Shown: positions 47,546 to 60,615 of the stretch, in pieces
How the letters are laid out: every line of letters starts with the position of its first letter
Position numbering within the stretch: the first letter of the stretch is position 1
NCBI GenBank assembly: GCA_013265495.1
Contig: MU061804.1
Location: 3,835,368 to 3,899,367, forward strand
Direction of reading: 5' to 3'
DNA length: 64,000 nt
From: Vicugna vicugna
Taxonomy: Eukaryota
The notes under the pieces: model-generated
Seen by the model: only the letters and a program-made list of their open reading frames with translations
Database searches by the model: none
Told to the model about the DNA's origin: nothing
Translations under genes and position numbers: made by a program

Positions 47546-49379
47546 TACAGTGTGTATGTGGGAGAACAGGAATCCATGGCCAACCTCTCTGACCCCAAAT
47601 GCCACAGGGCACGGCCTCTGGGAGATGACAGGCCCTGAGCTCCCGCAGCGCCTGGCATCATCTGGGGGTTTGCAAGTCTCAGCCTCACGAGGTTGCACAA
47701 GCTCGCATTCCCTTCCCTGGTCCTGGTCCCACAGTGGATGGTGGGCCTGGAACCCTCTTTCACTTTAATTCCATCTTGCCTGTCCTGAGGACCAGGTGGC
47801 TTTGGTAAAGGTGCCCAGAAGGATGAAGTTAGGCCAGCTCAGCTCTTGGCTTCAGCAGGCAGAGTATGAGGGTAAAGAGGGTCTCCTGGTCACGGCCATT
47901 GCGTGTCCAAGGGCCGGCTCTGCCAGGCCAGGAAGGCCGTAAGCAGGAGGTCTTGTCAGATGCGGTCTGACCACCAGGGTGGAGTGTAAGAAGAGCAACC
48001 GTGCTGGGCTTCCGTCACCGCCTGGCCTTAGGCAGCCCGTCCCCAGGCCTGCAGGACACTTGCTGATGTCTTCAAGGCCTTGGGACATGGTTGACACACC
48101 TTCCTGGGGCAAATGGGGGGAACAAAGTACAGATTTCTTCAGCTAAGAATTCTTCAGCCAAACTGCCGAATTCCCCTTTAGAAGAAGTGCGGTGCGGAGC
48201 AGGGAGCAGGTCCACTGATTCAGGGAGAAGAGAACAGACACTAACACAGGAGAAGGCTGCCGCGCCCAGGAAAGCTGCTGCTGTAGACAACACCGACCCC
48301 TGCGCCCACTGAAACAGAAGAAAAGCCATCTTGTCCACATGAGCTGAGCGATGCTGGTGGTCCCCAAAGGAACTGAGAATGGCGATCACTTAGGAAGGGC
48401 TTGACCCTGCATCCACCGTGTGGATTACCCTTCCACACCCTGAACAACGAAACAGGACTTCAGTTCAGAGGTTAGCAAACTCCAGTCTTGGAGCGCATGC
48501 ATCCCATTCTCAGGTCACGTTTAGCTGCTTTCAGGATTTTATACATTAACCTTACTTCCCTGGATTGTTAGTCTGTTTCTTTAGATCGGAGGCAATCTCT
48601 CAAATTTCTCTTGTGGCTCTCATCTCACTAGCAGAGCACAGGTCTTATACACAGAGGCAGCTTCCCTGGAGGAATCTGAGTGTCAGAAATGAAATGATAG
48701 CAGTGACACCCCCTCATGCCTTCTCTTCTCTAGGTCTTTGTTCATCCGCTGCAAGATGGAGATGTCTCTCAAAGCTCCCCCTGGCTCTAAGCAGTTAGCT
48801 TCTTGGGAGACAAAAACCACGTGGCATCAGGGAAAGAACCCTGGACTTGGGGGTGGGACGTTCGGACTCTTGTGGTGTCGCTCACTGGTAAGTTTCTCCA
48901 CGCTTCAGCTTCCCCTGCAGCAGGGAGATGGTCAAGCAGGCCTTCTTTCCTTCAGGGGGTGGTTGTGAGACATTCAGGCACGCGGGATGAAAAGGCAACT
49001 TTGTACATCACAGAACGGCGCTCACAGGGAAGCGGCCTCCGGAAGCGGGATGAAGCAGTTGAATGGAGTCTATGCACAGAGGATCCCACACCGTTAAGGG
49101 GTTGCACTGAACAAACACAAAGGTGGTGGGTTCAGATGGTGTGGCGTGGGAACAGGCACGGGAAGAGCAAGAAGCGTCTTCTGTGTAAACAATGCGGGCT
49201 TTAGACGTCTTGGCTGTTCATTACACAAAGAGACCAAGAGACTCGTGGGCCCATCTGCTACATCGCAGGGGATTCCATACGGCTGAAATCTGACTCTAGA
49301 TCTTGGAGAGCGGGTTAAGTGGGTGCCGCCAGGCGGGAGCTCTGTGCGTGCAACAATAGGAAGGTGCATTTGGATCCTT

Positions 49380-49535
49380 CGTAACCATTTGCCAAGCACT
49401 TACCCATACGTTACCCGGTTTAATCCTTATACCCGTGTGAAGTGGGTATCAGGTTCTCATTTCTCAAGTGAAGAAACTGAGACTCAGGGAGGTTAAGTGA
49501 TTTCCTCAAAGTCACACAATGAATAAACAACAGCC
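49380..49535 (-). mobile_element. MIR
   Basis: tttaatcct...ctcatttctcaagtgaagaaactgagactcagggaggttaagtgatttcctcaaagtcacaca. Confidence 0.9.
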
Positions 49536-52500
49536 CCCCACCCCCAAATTCAGGTTTTCCAACCCCAAATTCTTTGCTTCTTCCATGTTTGAAGGAAATC
49601 TCCTGTCATAAAACTTACTGGATTTACTGGGGCGGGGCGGGGGAGGGAGTCAAACCCTCTTAGCTTGTTAGGCAAGAGGGGCTTCGGCCCTCCTGCTGCG
49701 CTGCCCGTCAGCCGTACCGCTCACACGTGTGCGAAGCCTCTGAGAATGCTTTAAATGCGAATGCTCCTGGTCTGAGGAGACTGCAATACAATTTGTAAAG
49801 ACACACAGAGTAGCTCATAAGTTTAAAGTCGCAGACGCATCATTGCCTTTGATGCTCGGGGTGGACCACTAGCGCCATCCAGACAAAGGACCTGCAGTGT
49901 AGTTTGGTGAGAAGCTTGGAGTTTCAGAGGGATCCAGGAGCCTGTGTGCAAATGCAGTGTCTGCCCCTGGGAGGGAACCAGGCCCAGGGCAAATCTTCAT
50001 CCACTGTCCAAGACATCTACACAGGGCACTGTCTGCTGGCACGGCGACACCTCTCTCCACCTCGGATGTGTGTTTGAAGGTAGGCTTTGCCTCCGCTAGA
50101 GAGAGGCCCTCTGTGTCCTGGCAACTCTGGAGAAGCCGGTGCTTGGCTGGATGTCAACTCACGTCGTGAGGATAAGCCCCACCTCAGGCATCCTCTCTCT
50201 GGGGCTTCAGCACACCCAGGCCCTTTGTGGACCAGTTCTGGGGAGAGATGCTTGTGGCTCGGTTGTCCCTTTAAGCACGAGGAATGGCCTGAAATCCTCC
50301 GGCGTCATGAGATTCTCTTACGCCTGTTTCTCCTGAGCCGTAGGGAACACAGTGAGGATCACGATGATGTCAAGCAATAAAAACACTCCCTTCTAAACGC
50401 CTCTGGAGTGTGTGTCCGTTGACTGCGTCCTGTGGATTTACCCTGTTCCTGGTAGGTTTCTTCCCCAGTGGAGGGGCTGTACCCCTGAGTTCCTGGGAAA
50501 TACCTGGGCAGGCGCTCACACTCTCTGGTCTTGATCCCAGCCTCTCTGGGTTCAGAAAGGTCCAGAGCAAGATCCTCTTCTCTACTTCTTCACGGAGCTC
50601 CTGTGAGGACTAATTCAACTTCGAGCAGCGAGTTTAGATTGGCTGTTCTAATTAATGGAAAAGATCAGTGAGGTGTACAATCCAAGAAAGCGCCTCCTCC
50701 AGGAGCAGGCGCACAGGCTTGTGTCTTCAGTTTGAGGCTGGACATAGTGTGGGACACCAAAGACACAGAAGACATAGTTTTTGTCCCAAGAATTTACGAA
50801 TCAAACTGCGAAGAGAATTACCCAAGGGATGTCAACAAAGTGCTAGGGCTCATTGTAGTTCATGTGTTTGGTTTTTTTTAACCAACAACTTGTACATCTA
50901 ATGAGATATTATCTTGAAATTACTGTCTCGTAAAGTTACAATTCAATGGTGCGTCTATTGCTCCAGACATTTCAGGCATTCACTTTAGTTCGCTGATGAA
51001 TGGGTTTGAAAGGGCGGATTTTGGCACGCACCTCTCCGTGCAGGGGATCTCGGCTCTGAGTCTTCCGCTGCGGAGGACAGGGGCTCGGGGTGACGCCAGC
51101 GGGCCCAGTTATCAGCTCCCGGCTACTGAAAGAAACACCTGGATGCTTGGAGGTATCAGGTGATCTGGGGGGGAAATACAAAATGGAAAGGATTGGTTAC
51201 AGGAGACAATGGGAGCAGAGGATCAAAGGGTCTAGGAGGCACCAGCAGGACGGGAGCAGGTGACACTCAGTGACACACACCTGGTGTCATTTTCTAGCGG
51301 AGATTCCCGATTAGCCAGAGGAGCAGGAAACAGTTGGTAAGTGGCGAGCGCTCGCTTTCTGTGCAAACTCTTGGCCCAGAAGCTCCGCAATTCCTGGTTC
51401 CAGGGGGTGTGAGGCCAGACCCTTTTTTGCAGATGGACAAATCCCCAGCTAGGATCTAAACCTAAGGTGGCTAATATTTATTTTTCTGATGGCCTGAATC
51501 CCTCCCCCTCTCCTTTATTCTTCCAAGAAAGGCTGCTCTTTAAAGATTTATCTGATCTAATTTCAAGAAAGTCCAGTCAACTCTTGATTTCCGCTTTGGA
51601 TAAAAGCCTGGCTGGATGTTAATATCAGGCTGATCCCCCTTCAGCCGCCTTCTAGTCCACTCAACGGCCCACGTTTTTATAGCGCTACCGCCCTGCCGAG
51701 GTAAGACGCAAGCCATGAGTCATGTGTGACCTCCTCTCTCAAAGGCCTCACCCTCCAGTAGTGGAGACAAAGCCGTCATGCATGCAACGACTGTCACACA
51801 AGGCGGAATGGCTTAACCACCAGTGGGAAGCTCCAAGAGCTGTGGCATTTTGAACTGAGAGAGGGCACCCATGCATGGGGGCTGCAAGGAACACAGAGGC
51901 CATGAGGTGGGGTAAGAGCTCGAAGGCCTGGCAGACTCTTCCCAACCAGAAAGGGCATGGTGGCCTCTTGGGAGGCGATAGGGAGGCATGGGGTGAAGCT
52001 GACATGGACAGTTTGAAAGTTTGGGAAGAGGGAGAAGGAAAGATGGCTCGGAAGGGTAGGGTGGGTCCAGAATTTGGAGGCTTTGAATGCTAGCTTAGGA
52101 TTTTGTCAAAAGGTAGTGAGGAATCACGAAAAGCTTCCCAGCAGAGGAAGGGTGTGCCCAGTGGTGGGTGTGGGGAGGGTATTCGGCGGGCGGCCGATCA
52201 GATGGGCTGGAGAAGAGGAAGCAGAAGAAAGTCATCGCCACACGTGGAGAGAGGAGGTGTGAGCCAGGTGGCCGCACACTCGGGACGATGGAGGCAGTGG
52301 TGATGGGGGCGTGGCACAGAAACCGCCTCTGTGTGGCATCTTCAGTGCACCCCCTGGGCTTCAGTACCTCCTGAAGCGATGCTTTGCAGATCCAAAGAGA
52401 ATGGACCCTGGAGCTGTCTGTCTTCTGTCTCTGATTTTCTGCCTCAGTGACTGAGTTGGCAAAAACCACCAAATGCAGGAATCTAGGAAATCCTTCTGCT

Positions 52501-53284
52501 TTCCTGGTGGGGGGCTGGGGGTCCTCTCAGACCAGACTCTGATTACTTAAACTACAGCCAGTTGGAAAGCGTGGGGTCCTGTTTTCGAAAATATCAAATG
52601 TGCTCTTTCCTCAAGAGCATAGAACTATTTGTCAGGAGATTTGAGCTCAGAAATCAGAGCTGGAGGTAGAGATAGAAGGAAGGGAAGAGGAGGTAAGGAA
52701 AAATAGAAAAGGAATTTCTAGAAGAAAAAATATCACAGGTTAAAAAGATGGCCAGGCCCTTCAAACACTGGGTCCTGGACCACTGAGAAGCATGGAAGCA
52801 GCCCAGGGCCCAGAGCAGCCAGGACGACGGCATGTGCCAGGCAGTCTCCTCTGCCTGGTGACCTCCCAGTGGTGGACACACACGGTGAGACTGGCGCTTC
52901 CACATGGAAAACAGGGTGTGCATGCGTCTCCCAAGCTTGTGGTCTCCCAAGCTTGCTGGGACCTCACTCCCCAGATTCTGATTATACAGAGTTCCAGGAA
53001 GCCTGCTGGAGTCTGTCCCAAGAAAGGCTCCTTCCTCCTGCTCCTGGGGGAGTTAAACTGTCCCCGCTCCAAGGCAGTGACACGGGGGCCTGCCCATCAC
53101 CAGGGACTTACTTACTACAACCTCTCCTCCAACCTGCAGGTCAAGGGTTATTCCGAAGCATGAATCATTTGACCCAGGAAGAGAGAATGATCGATTTAAT
53201 GCACTGGGTTTCTTCCTTTGTGCAGGATGAACATCTCTGTGCCTGGTGTCTGGGCTGCAAGGTTTACACTTTTTAGAAAAACTG

Positions 53285-53640
53285 GTGCTAACTGCCACAT
53301 CAGACAAACCCCGTCATCAGCGGCTTAACATTAGTAAGAACATGTATTTCCCCCTAAGTCACAGTCTGATAACTGGGGGGTTCAAGAGGTTTCTCCTCTT
53401 GTAGCTGCACCATCTGGAACATGTGGCATCTAAGGCCAAAAAAAAAAAAAAGGAAAAATTCTATCTTTCTTCTGTGGAAGAGAGAGCTAGAGGATTTTGT
53501 AGGATGTTTTAAGGGCAGATCTCAAGTGGCTGATATCAATCACTGCCCACATTTCGTCAGCCAGAAGCCGCCAACCCAATACCACGGAGGCCGGGGGACA
53601 CGGAGGAGCACGTGGATGCTGGGTGCTACACGGCTTTTGC
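53285..53640 (-). mobile_element. MLT1K/L-like MaLR LTR fragment
   Basis: cagcggcttaaca...gctgcaccatctggaacatgtggcatctaagg...aagtggctgatatcaatcactgcccacattt. Confidence 0.55.
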
Positions 53641-54039
53641 TCAAGGGCTCCCTAGTGGCCAGAGGGCGCCCGGGGGTCTGTAGGTCATGCTCACTGGCAC
53701 CATCCCCACGTTGCCCTTGGAGTCCTCAAGTTCACTGCCACTGCACTGAGTCAGGAGAATGAGTGTGACTGTCCTGTCGAAGCCCCGCGTGGCAGAGCGA
53801 TCTCTGCTGGCCCTGGACATGGGGTGAAGCTGAGAATGCTCTCCGGGGTCTGTGCTCTCGGCTTTGGTGGTGGGGGGAGGGCAAGCAGAGAGAGAGACAG
53901 GAACAGCAGGAGGCGAAGAACGCAAGGGCAGCTGACATGCTGCCTCACGGGGTCCCCAGATTCCAAGGCTGCATCACTGGCTTCCAGAACACCCATGTGA
54001 CCTCACTGGATTCCAGTCTCTATATTTGGTCGCCATCAG

Positions 54040-54530
54040 TGCCTATTACTGTAAATAATTGAAAGGAATATAATAGGGTGAGAATTATTGTTGCCTCCCC
54101 CCTTTGCCTTTCATAAAGTCTTTTTATATCAGAGGGGTCTGGCCCCAGCCACTCCTCCTTCTATAATTAGTCCTGGGAGCTGTGAGGACTGAGATTTAGC
54201 TAATGACATCGCATGGTTCAATCTTGGGGTCCCTCGGGCCTTTTCATCTTCGCTGGAGCAAAGGACTGGGACTGCAAGTGAACCTGGGTAATTTGCACTA
54301 ATGATACGCACGTCTGTCGGTGGGTTCCTGAGTGTTACAAGTGAGCCAGGGAGGCCCCCAAGCCTGATGTGCCAATTAGAGGGCCTGCGCCAGCCTCCCA
54401 GCTCCATAAGCAGACGAGAATGGTCTGGGTTTCATTAGTCACGACTGTAGGCTTTCATTGTCCTATCATTTGTCATTCTGTCCTGTCTCCCTTGGCCGTC
54501 ATTCTGCCACCCAGGCCTCTTGATGCAAAA
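54040..54530. promoter_or_regulatory. Putative enhancer rich in homeodomain/SOX motifs
   Basis: TAATTA 54164-54169, several further TAAT/ATTA cores, CATTGTCC 54456-54463, ATGCAAAA 54523-54530; AT-rich island with no recognised repeat. Confidence 0.4.
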
Positions 54531-54834
54531 TATTCCCTGCATGAGATTCCCCCACGATTCTGGAAGCAGTGTAGACTGCAGGAGACCTTCAAGGGCGACG
54601 TGGAGGATTTGAAGCATGGGGTGTGAGGCAGGGGCACGCAGACAGGTGGCAGGCAACATCGCCCAGTGAGAGAAGAGTCGGAGAGGGTCTCGAGAATACC
54701 TTTGGAAATCGAGCCCAAGGACGTTGAGTGACTGGCAAGCCTGCCCTTTCCTGTCCGGCTCACACCCACCACCCTATCCCTTTCCTCTCCGGGATGTAGA
54801 TCCTTTATCTTGGGTGCCAGCTGGTGCCCATCTC

Positions 54835-55190
54835 CCTGGCTCTCCACTTACTCTTCCCTTTGATGGAACGCCCTTCCCAGCCATGTCTTGATGAACGTCT
54901 GTTTATCCCTAAGACCCAGGGCACTATTTCTCGTCTTGGGAGTCTCCTGACTTCCGTGTCTCCTAGACTGAGTGGACTACTCCTCCCCTCGTGCTCTCAC
55001 ACCTTCATACGCTCAGTTTTGCTACATCGATAATCACACCGTGACATAGCAACTATCAGCTGTCTTTCTCCACCAAGGTATGAGCTTGAGCCCACGAGAG
55101 CCATCCTCCTCATCTTTGCATCCTCAGAGCCAGGGTGGTTGAGGCACACAGTAGAGACTCAACACATGTTTTCTGAGTGAATAAATGTAT
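54835..55190 (+). mobile_element. L2 3' region
   Basis: gggagtctcctgac...ctgtctttctccacc...catctttgcatcctcagagcc...gcacacagtagagactcaacacatgttttctgagtgaataaatg. Confidence 0.8.
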
Positions 55191-55819
55191 TAAAAACGTT
55201 TACCCTTTCCCTCTGCACAGAGATAACTCTAAGACTGAGAAAGACGGCAAATGCGGAATGCCTGGGATGCCTTAGACTCCCGAGGGGGCCCTAATCAAAT
55301 ATTATTTTGAGACTTCAAGCTTCCATTTGTCCCAATCTCCCAAGTAAAGATGATGAGGCCGGGCAATTGCTGTTCCATGCAAGGCCCTCTCTCTTCTCCT
55401 CTCCTGGCTGCGCCGGATCAGAAGGTGGGGCCAGACTCTCACTGCCGGGGTGTTCGCGGGGCTGCTGCAAAAGGACACGGCCTCCGCGGCCGGGCAGCGC
55501 CGGGGCCAGAGCGAACCTCCACCTCGTCCCTAAGCCACTGTGCTGGATATTAATAGTCCCGGGCAGAGCGGTCTGTGTGGGCAAGTGCTGCTTTTTCTGA
55601 GCTGTGCAAGCCCCCATCTCCCAGAGACAAAGCGCGCCACAAATAACAGCAGCATGTTCTGAATTCCTCCAGGCAGGGTGCCCCGGGCTTCACTCGCAGG
55701 GCCAGGAGGAGCCGGGCTCCGGACCGAGCCCCCAGCCCCAGCCGCTCGTGGCAGCCCAGGGCCCAGGGTGGGGGGCTTGTCTGGGGGCTGGAGTAGAAAG
55801 AGCCTGGGTAGGTGGGGAA

Positions 55820-56000
55820 GGTTGGCACTCCTGGATTTAGGTCCTGGCTCTCCAAGGAGTCAGCTGGGGACCTCAAACAAATCACGGACGTTTCGTAAGG
55901 TTCAATTTCTTCTTCATCTGAATTAAAGTTCTGCTTACTTCATGGTACTGTGATGAGCAAATGAAAGGCTACTTGTGAAAGGCATTTATCGATTGCAGAA
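55820..56000 (+). mobile_element. MIR
   Basis: cctggatttaggtcctggctct...caatttcttcttcatctgaattaa...gtgatgagcaaatgaaa. Confidence 0.6.
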
Positions 56001-56389
56001 TAATGCATCGATGCAAGGGCAAGGGAGGAGGAGGCGGGTGCTGATGGGGGTGACGATAGCCACCTGTTAGAGAGCACATTATGGAAAAAAGACCATGGGA
56101 CATCTTCATAAGGGCGAGCTCTGGGCCTCACTGACGAATAAGGGTCTGCGTGCTCAGCGCCCTCCCACCCTCTGAGCGGCCAAAGGGCAGACTTCCCTGA
56201 ACCCAGTGAACCCACCCACCCTTGGCAGAAGCTTTATCTTCTCTGGAGAATCTTTCGCACACCCTCTACACGCAGCATTTTTGACTAGCAAACTCCTCCT
56301 TTTTCTCCAAAGATTAAATCAAAAGAAATTGGGGAAACACTTTGATAAAGTGGATCACTCGGTGCTCCCTGTCATCCTCTCTGTGCCTG

Positions 56390-56560
56390 TTGGACCAGCC
56401 TGACATCTGTCCCACTTTCCAGGTGTGACCTTGGGCAAGGACTTCATCTCCATGTGCCTCCGTTCCCTCACTGGAGCGCGGTCCGGATAATAATGATGTC
56501 TTTCTAGGACGGTGACAAGAGCGCCTGGCGTGTGGTAAGAGCCCAGGCAATGCTGGCTGT
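56390..56560 (+). mobile_element. MIR
   Basis: ggtgtgaccttgggcaaggacttcatctccatgtgcctccgttccctc...gcgcctggcgtgtggtaagagccc. Confidence 0.8.
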
Positions 56561-56939
56561 GTGTACTTTCCCCCAGGACCTGACTGGATTTCTTCTGATC
56601 GCCTTTGAAGAGATCCCGTGTTGCTTTTTTGCAGTGGAGTCCTTCAGAGTGACAGAAGCCCCCAGACTACACAGAACACCAAGAGAAATGGGAAGGCGGC
56701 CCCCCGCCAGCCCCCGAAGATGAGCATCTCCACTCTGCGCGACATGAAGCAGCCGGACCCAGCGGCCCGTGGCTCTTCCTCTGGTCCGTGTTGGCTGGAT
56801 CTGACGCCAGTGGGGGAGGTCTCCAGCAGGGCTGAAGCAACAGAGGTGCGCCATCTCACAGTCCTGCAGGAGGCAAACCCAGGGCCCTGCTCTCTCTGAA
56901 GTCAGCCGGGAAGCATGGTTCCAGGGCTCAGCTCCTGGG

Positions 56940-57170
56940 AGTTCCCTGGCTTTTGAGAGCTTAGCTCTATAGTCTTCTCATGCATTTTCCTTGATTCTCA
57001 TCTCCCTGTGTCCAAATGTCCCCTTTTATAAGGACACCAGCCGTGCTGGACTAGGGCCCATCCTAAAGACCTCATTATGACTTGATCACCTCTGTAAAGA
57101 CCCTGCCTCCAAACAGTGCCACACTCTGAACTTCTGGAGCTTTTAGGGGCAGGATCTAGCCCACACCAGG
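56940..57170 (-). mobile_element. MLT1B/C-like LTR fragment
   Basis: ctgtgtccaaatgtccccttttataaggacaccag...ctagggcccatcctaaagacctcattatgacttgatcacctctgtaaagaccc. Confidence 0.85.
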
Positions 57171-59859
57171 CATGCTGTCCCCCAGAACTCCATCCTGGCA
57201 TGAAAGGACCTTACAAACAGGGTGGATGGTCTCCCATTTTTTTTGGCAAAGAAACTGAGTACGAAGAAGAGAATGAAAGAAAAAAGAAGCACGAAGCCTC
57301 AGGTCTGCTGACTGACTTCCCAGAGACCCCTCCCTCAGGGCCGGATCTCAGCTCTGCTCCCCAGAGCAACCGCATCTGAGCCCCTGAGAGGCTGGGTAGA
57401 CCTCAGGTCCCTCCCATCTCACCCCGCTCCTGGGGAGTCAGAAACTGTGGGGACGGGAAATTAAGTATCTGTTGAGCAGACTCGCCAGCCAGCTTCCTGC
57501 TCATGAACGTCCCAGAGCTTTCCTGAGGTGCAGAGCTGGTGGGCCTGGGTGTATCTGTGGCAGAGACTTGAAATCAAAGTGGAACTGGGTAGATGGAAGT
57601 CAGCCCGATGGAGGCCAGCATCTGGTGGTGTGAGAAGCCGGGTTCAGGCCTCGCAAAGCCCTGCTGTTTTCCACTGCCGCATTTTCCTGGCGGCTTAGGC
57701 GGGACAGATGTATGCAGTGACTGTGACCACACACTTAAGCTGAGGTTGGAAGAGTCAGGGGTTTTAGGAGGGGACTCCCGCATAGGATCCCTCTGAACCA
57801 CAGCTTTTGGGGGGACCCCGGAGCTCCAGACAGATTGTAAGGACACTAGAGTGCATCACGGGAGCCGACAGTCCCAATACGAGGGTTTTACTCTGAAAGT
57901 TACCCTTTATGTCACCACCAGCAAAATAGGAATGAAAATGTCTTACCACGTACGAGGAAGAACCAATCCAAATGAATGGTTCTGCGGAGTACAGATAAGG
58001 GCGCTCACGCAGGCTCAGGTGTCTGCGCCAGAAAAGCAAGCAGGGCGGGTGGCTATCTGGGTCTAGATGAAACAAGGCAAGGCTGGCTTATTCTGCTTCT
58101 CCGAGACCCAGAGCAACAAAGCATCTTCAAGGGACGCCCTCTCCACCTCTTATGGAGAGACTTTCGGTTTTCAGGACCAGAGCAGGAGAGGATGAGCTGG
58201 TGCAGTCAACCACGCGAGACTTCTCCTCTGTCGTTGTCGAGGCTCCCAGTTCCCGACAGAGAGATGTGCTCCGTCCACTGAGAAACAGCCTGATGGGTGA
58301 ACAAGGCAATAGCTGGCAGAACCAGGTGGGACTCCGCGGACGCATTCAGAACTTCTGTTTCAAAAGTGATTTGTGGATGTGGGATAATCCGGGACAAACG
58401 GTAAACCAAGGACAAATCGCATCAGCTCTGCGAGGCTGCATCTTCTGCTTTTTTGTGTGTCCGCTTGCTTCTTTTGGTTTGGGAGGAGTGGTCGAAAAAT
58501 TAACTTGTGTGTAATGACACGTGGTTTTTCAATGCAGAATTGGGGCTCGAAGCTTCTTTGGAGGAGCCATGGATGGATTACCCACGCGAGCGTGGCGCGG
58601 AGGAGCTGCCCGCATCCGTGCCAAGCTGGGCCACGGTGGGCACCGAGCGGTGCTGGAATCTCTGAAGAAACGGCCTCCGCATGTCTTCTCTGGATTTGAC
58701 TGCTTCATGATACCGGACACGTGCCATGTTTTCTGTTGTCAAAGGGATGGAGAGTGACACATTGATACCAATGGCTGCGTGGGATTGTTTTTGTTTCAAC
58801 TGGAAGCGGCCATTAGCGTCATAAGCAAAAATTTTTTTAAAATACCAGGAGAAATCCCAGAGTAAGTCCTGATTTATGTATGCACTGCAGTTTTCTCAAA
58901 GACACACCGTGGATTTCCCATATAATTTCCACTTATAAAATAAAAGAGAGGGACATAGTCAGTATTACCACTATTTTATAGGCAGGCAAATCAAAGTCCC
59001 ATTTCTTGCTGCTTAGACCCATCGAAACAGAAATAGAGCTGCATTCTCTAGCATCGGCGTCCACCTTCCCAGGTCCTAGGTTCCAGCTGCAGGATAAGCT
59101 GTAACAAGGAGGAGGTTCAGCCAGAAGCAGTTTCCAAATCTGAGCAGTTTGGGACCCTGACTAAGGGAAGGTTATTCTATCGTTTTATTGTTACTATTGT
59201 TACTTTAAAGGCTGTGATTACCAGGCGAGGGGACACTCACGTCTCTAGATTAGGGGAGCTGGAGCCCAGCAGTGCGGGGTGGGTGAGGCCCGGGTCAGAT
59301 GACCTCAGTGATCGCTGGGATTCCGCTCCTCCGCCACCCAGAATACAGAACCACACAGACCTGTGACTGCAGCCCCCTCGGAACGCTGGCCGTTAATGTG
59401 ATGAATCGTACTAATGCCCGTAGTCTTGTTTAGAACAGGGCCAAGCAGGGTGATGGATTGTCATCACTATCAGTGGCGCTATTCGCAATTAGTAGTAATT
59501 GCATGCTCATCTTCGGAGATCTTTTGGAGGTCACTGAATCACACCACTTAAGAATTCATCCCTTCTGCTCTCTCCTCTCTTTTTTTTTTTTTTCCTCCAT
59601 CCTCACCCCATGCCTTGGAAGGAAGGAGAAGACAATATTAATCAGGTCATTATGTTTCATTGAGATTTATGAAATGAATTGTTCAAGTACATGGTCACGT
59701 GTGATCCGTCAGCATCTTTGATATTCCATGGTAGGCATATGCTTAACTCTTAGGGGTCCAGAGAATTCTTGGCCATTAACATCCTACTTCTGAAATACAC
59801 AAGATCTTCAAGCAGGAACCATTCTTTGGAAAGACATACAGACCCCTTATCCCAGAAGG

Positions 59860-59965
59860 GTGAAATGGACCTCACCTAGGGTTATATGGTGCATATGTGG
59901 ATGAACCAGACCTCTAATTCTGAACTCTGGGTCGCCAAGCCAGTGTTCTTCCTGGAACACCCACA
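59860..59965 (-). mobile_element. MIR fragment
   Basis: cacctagggttatatggtg...gaaccagacctctaattc...gccagtgttcttcc. Confidence 0.5.
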
Positions 59966-59977
59966 TCTCCTAATCAG

Positions 59978-60615
59978 ATAGATGTTTTGCAAATATGTTC
60001 TCCAGTTCCATAGGCTGGCTTTCCATTTTGTTGATGGCGTCCTTTGCTGTGCAAAAGATTTTTAGTTTGATGTCATCCCACTTGCTTATTTTTCTTTTGT
60101 CACCTTTGCTTTTGGTGTCAAATCTAAAATATCATTCTTAGGACTGAAGTCAAGGAGCTTACCCCTTACGTTTTCTTCCAGGAGTTTTATGGCTTGAGGT
60201 CTTGCATGTAAGTCTAATCCATCTTGAGTTGATTTTTGTGCATACTGTAAGATAGGGGTTCGGTTTTATTTTTTTGTACACGACTGTCCAGTTTTCCCAA
60301 CACCATGTGTGTAAGAAATATCCTTTCCTCATTCTGTATTCTTGATTTCTTTGTCATAAATTAATTGACCATATGTGCATGGATTTTTTTTTTCTGGGCT
60401 CTCTATTCTGTTCCTTTGAGCTGTGTGTCTGCTTTTATGCCAATGCCACACTGTTTTGATTACTACAGCTTTGTAACATAGCTTGAAATCAGGAAATGTG
60501 TTACCTCCAGCTTTATTCTTCTTTCTCAAGATTGCTTTCATTATCAGGTGTCTTTTGTGACTTCACACACATTTTAGGATCATTTTTTCTATTTCTGTTA
60601 AAAATGCCATTGGAC
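59978..60615 (-). mobile_element. L1 ORF2 fragment (decayed, C-terminal part downstream of RT)
   Basis: ORF 60329-60541 [38 protein letters not shown]...RNRIESPE...YGQLIYDK matches the conserved L1 ORF2 segment; flanks follow antisense L1 sequence. Confidence 0.95.

Noticed and set aside
50270-50385. ORF end HEEWPEILRRHEILLRLF...VKQ* overlapping AATAAA
   Set aside because: No acceptor or homology found; single AATAAA hexamers are common
57878-57955. tacgagggt...gaaagt resembling a mariner TIR start
   Set aside because: No matching inverted terminal repeat or transposase remnant found
60285-60300. gtccagttttccca similar to the start of miR-145
   Set aside because: Lies inside the L1 ORF2 fragment as normal L1 sequence; no pre-miRNA hairpin
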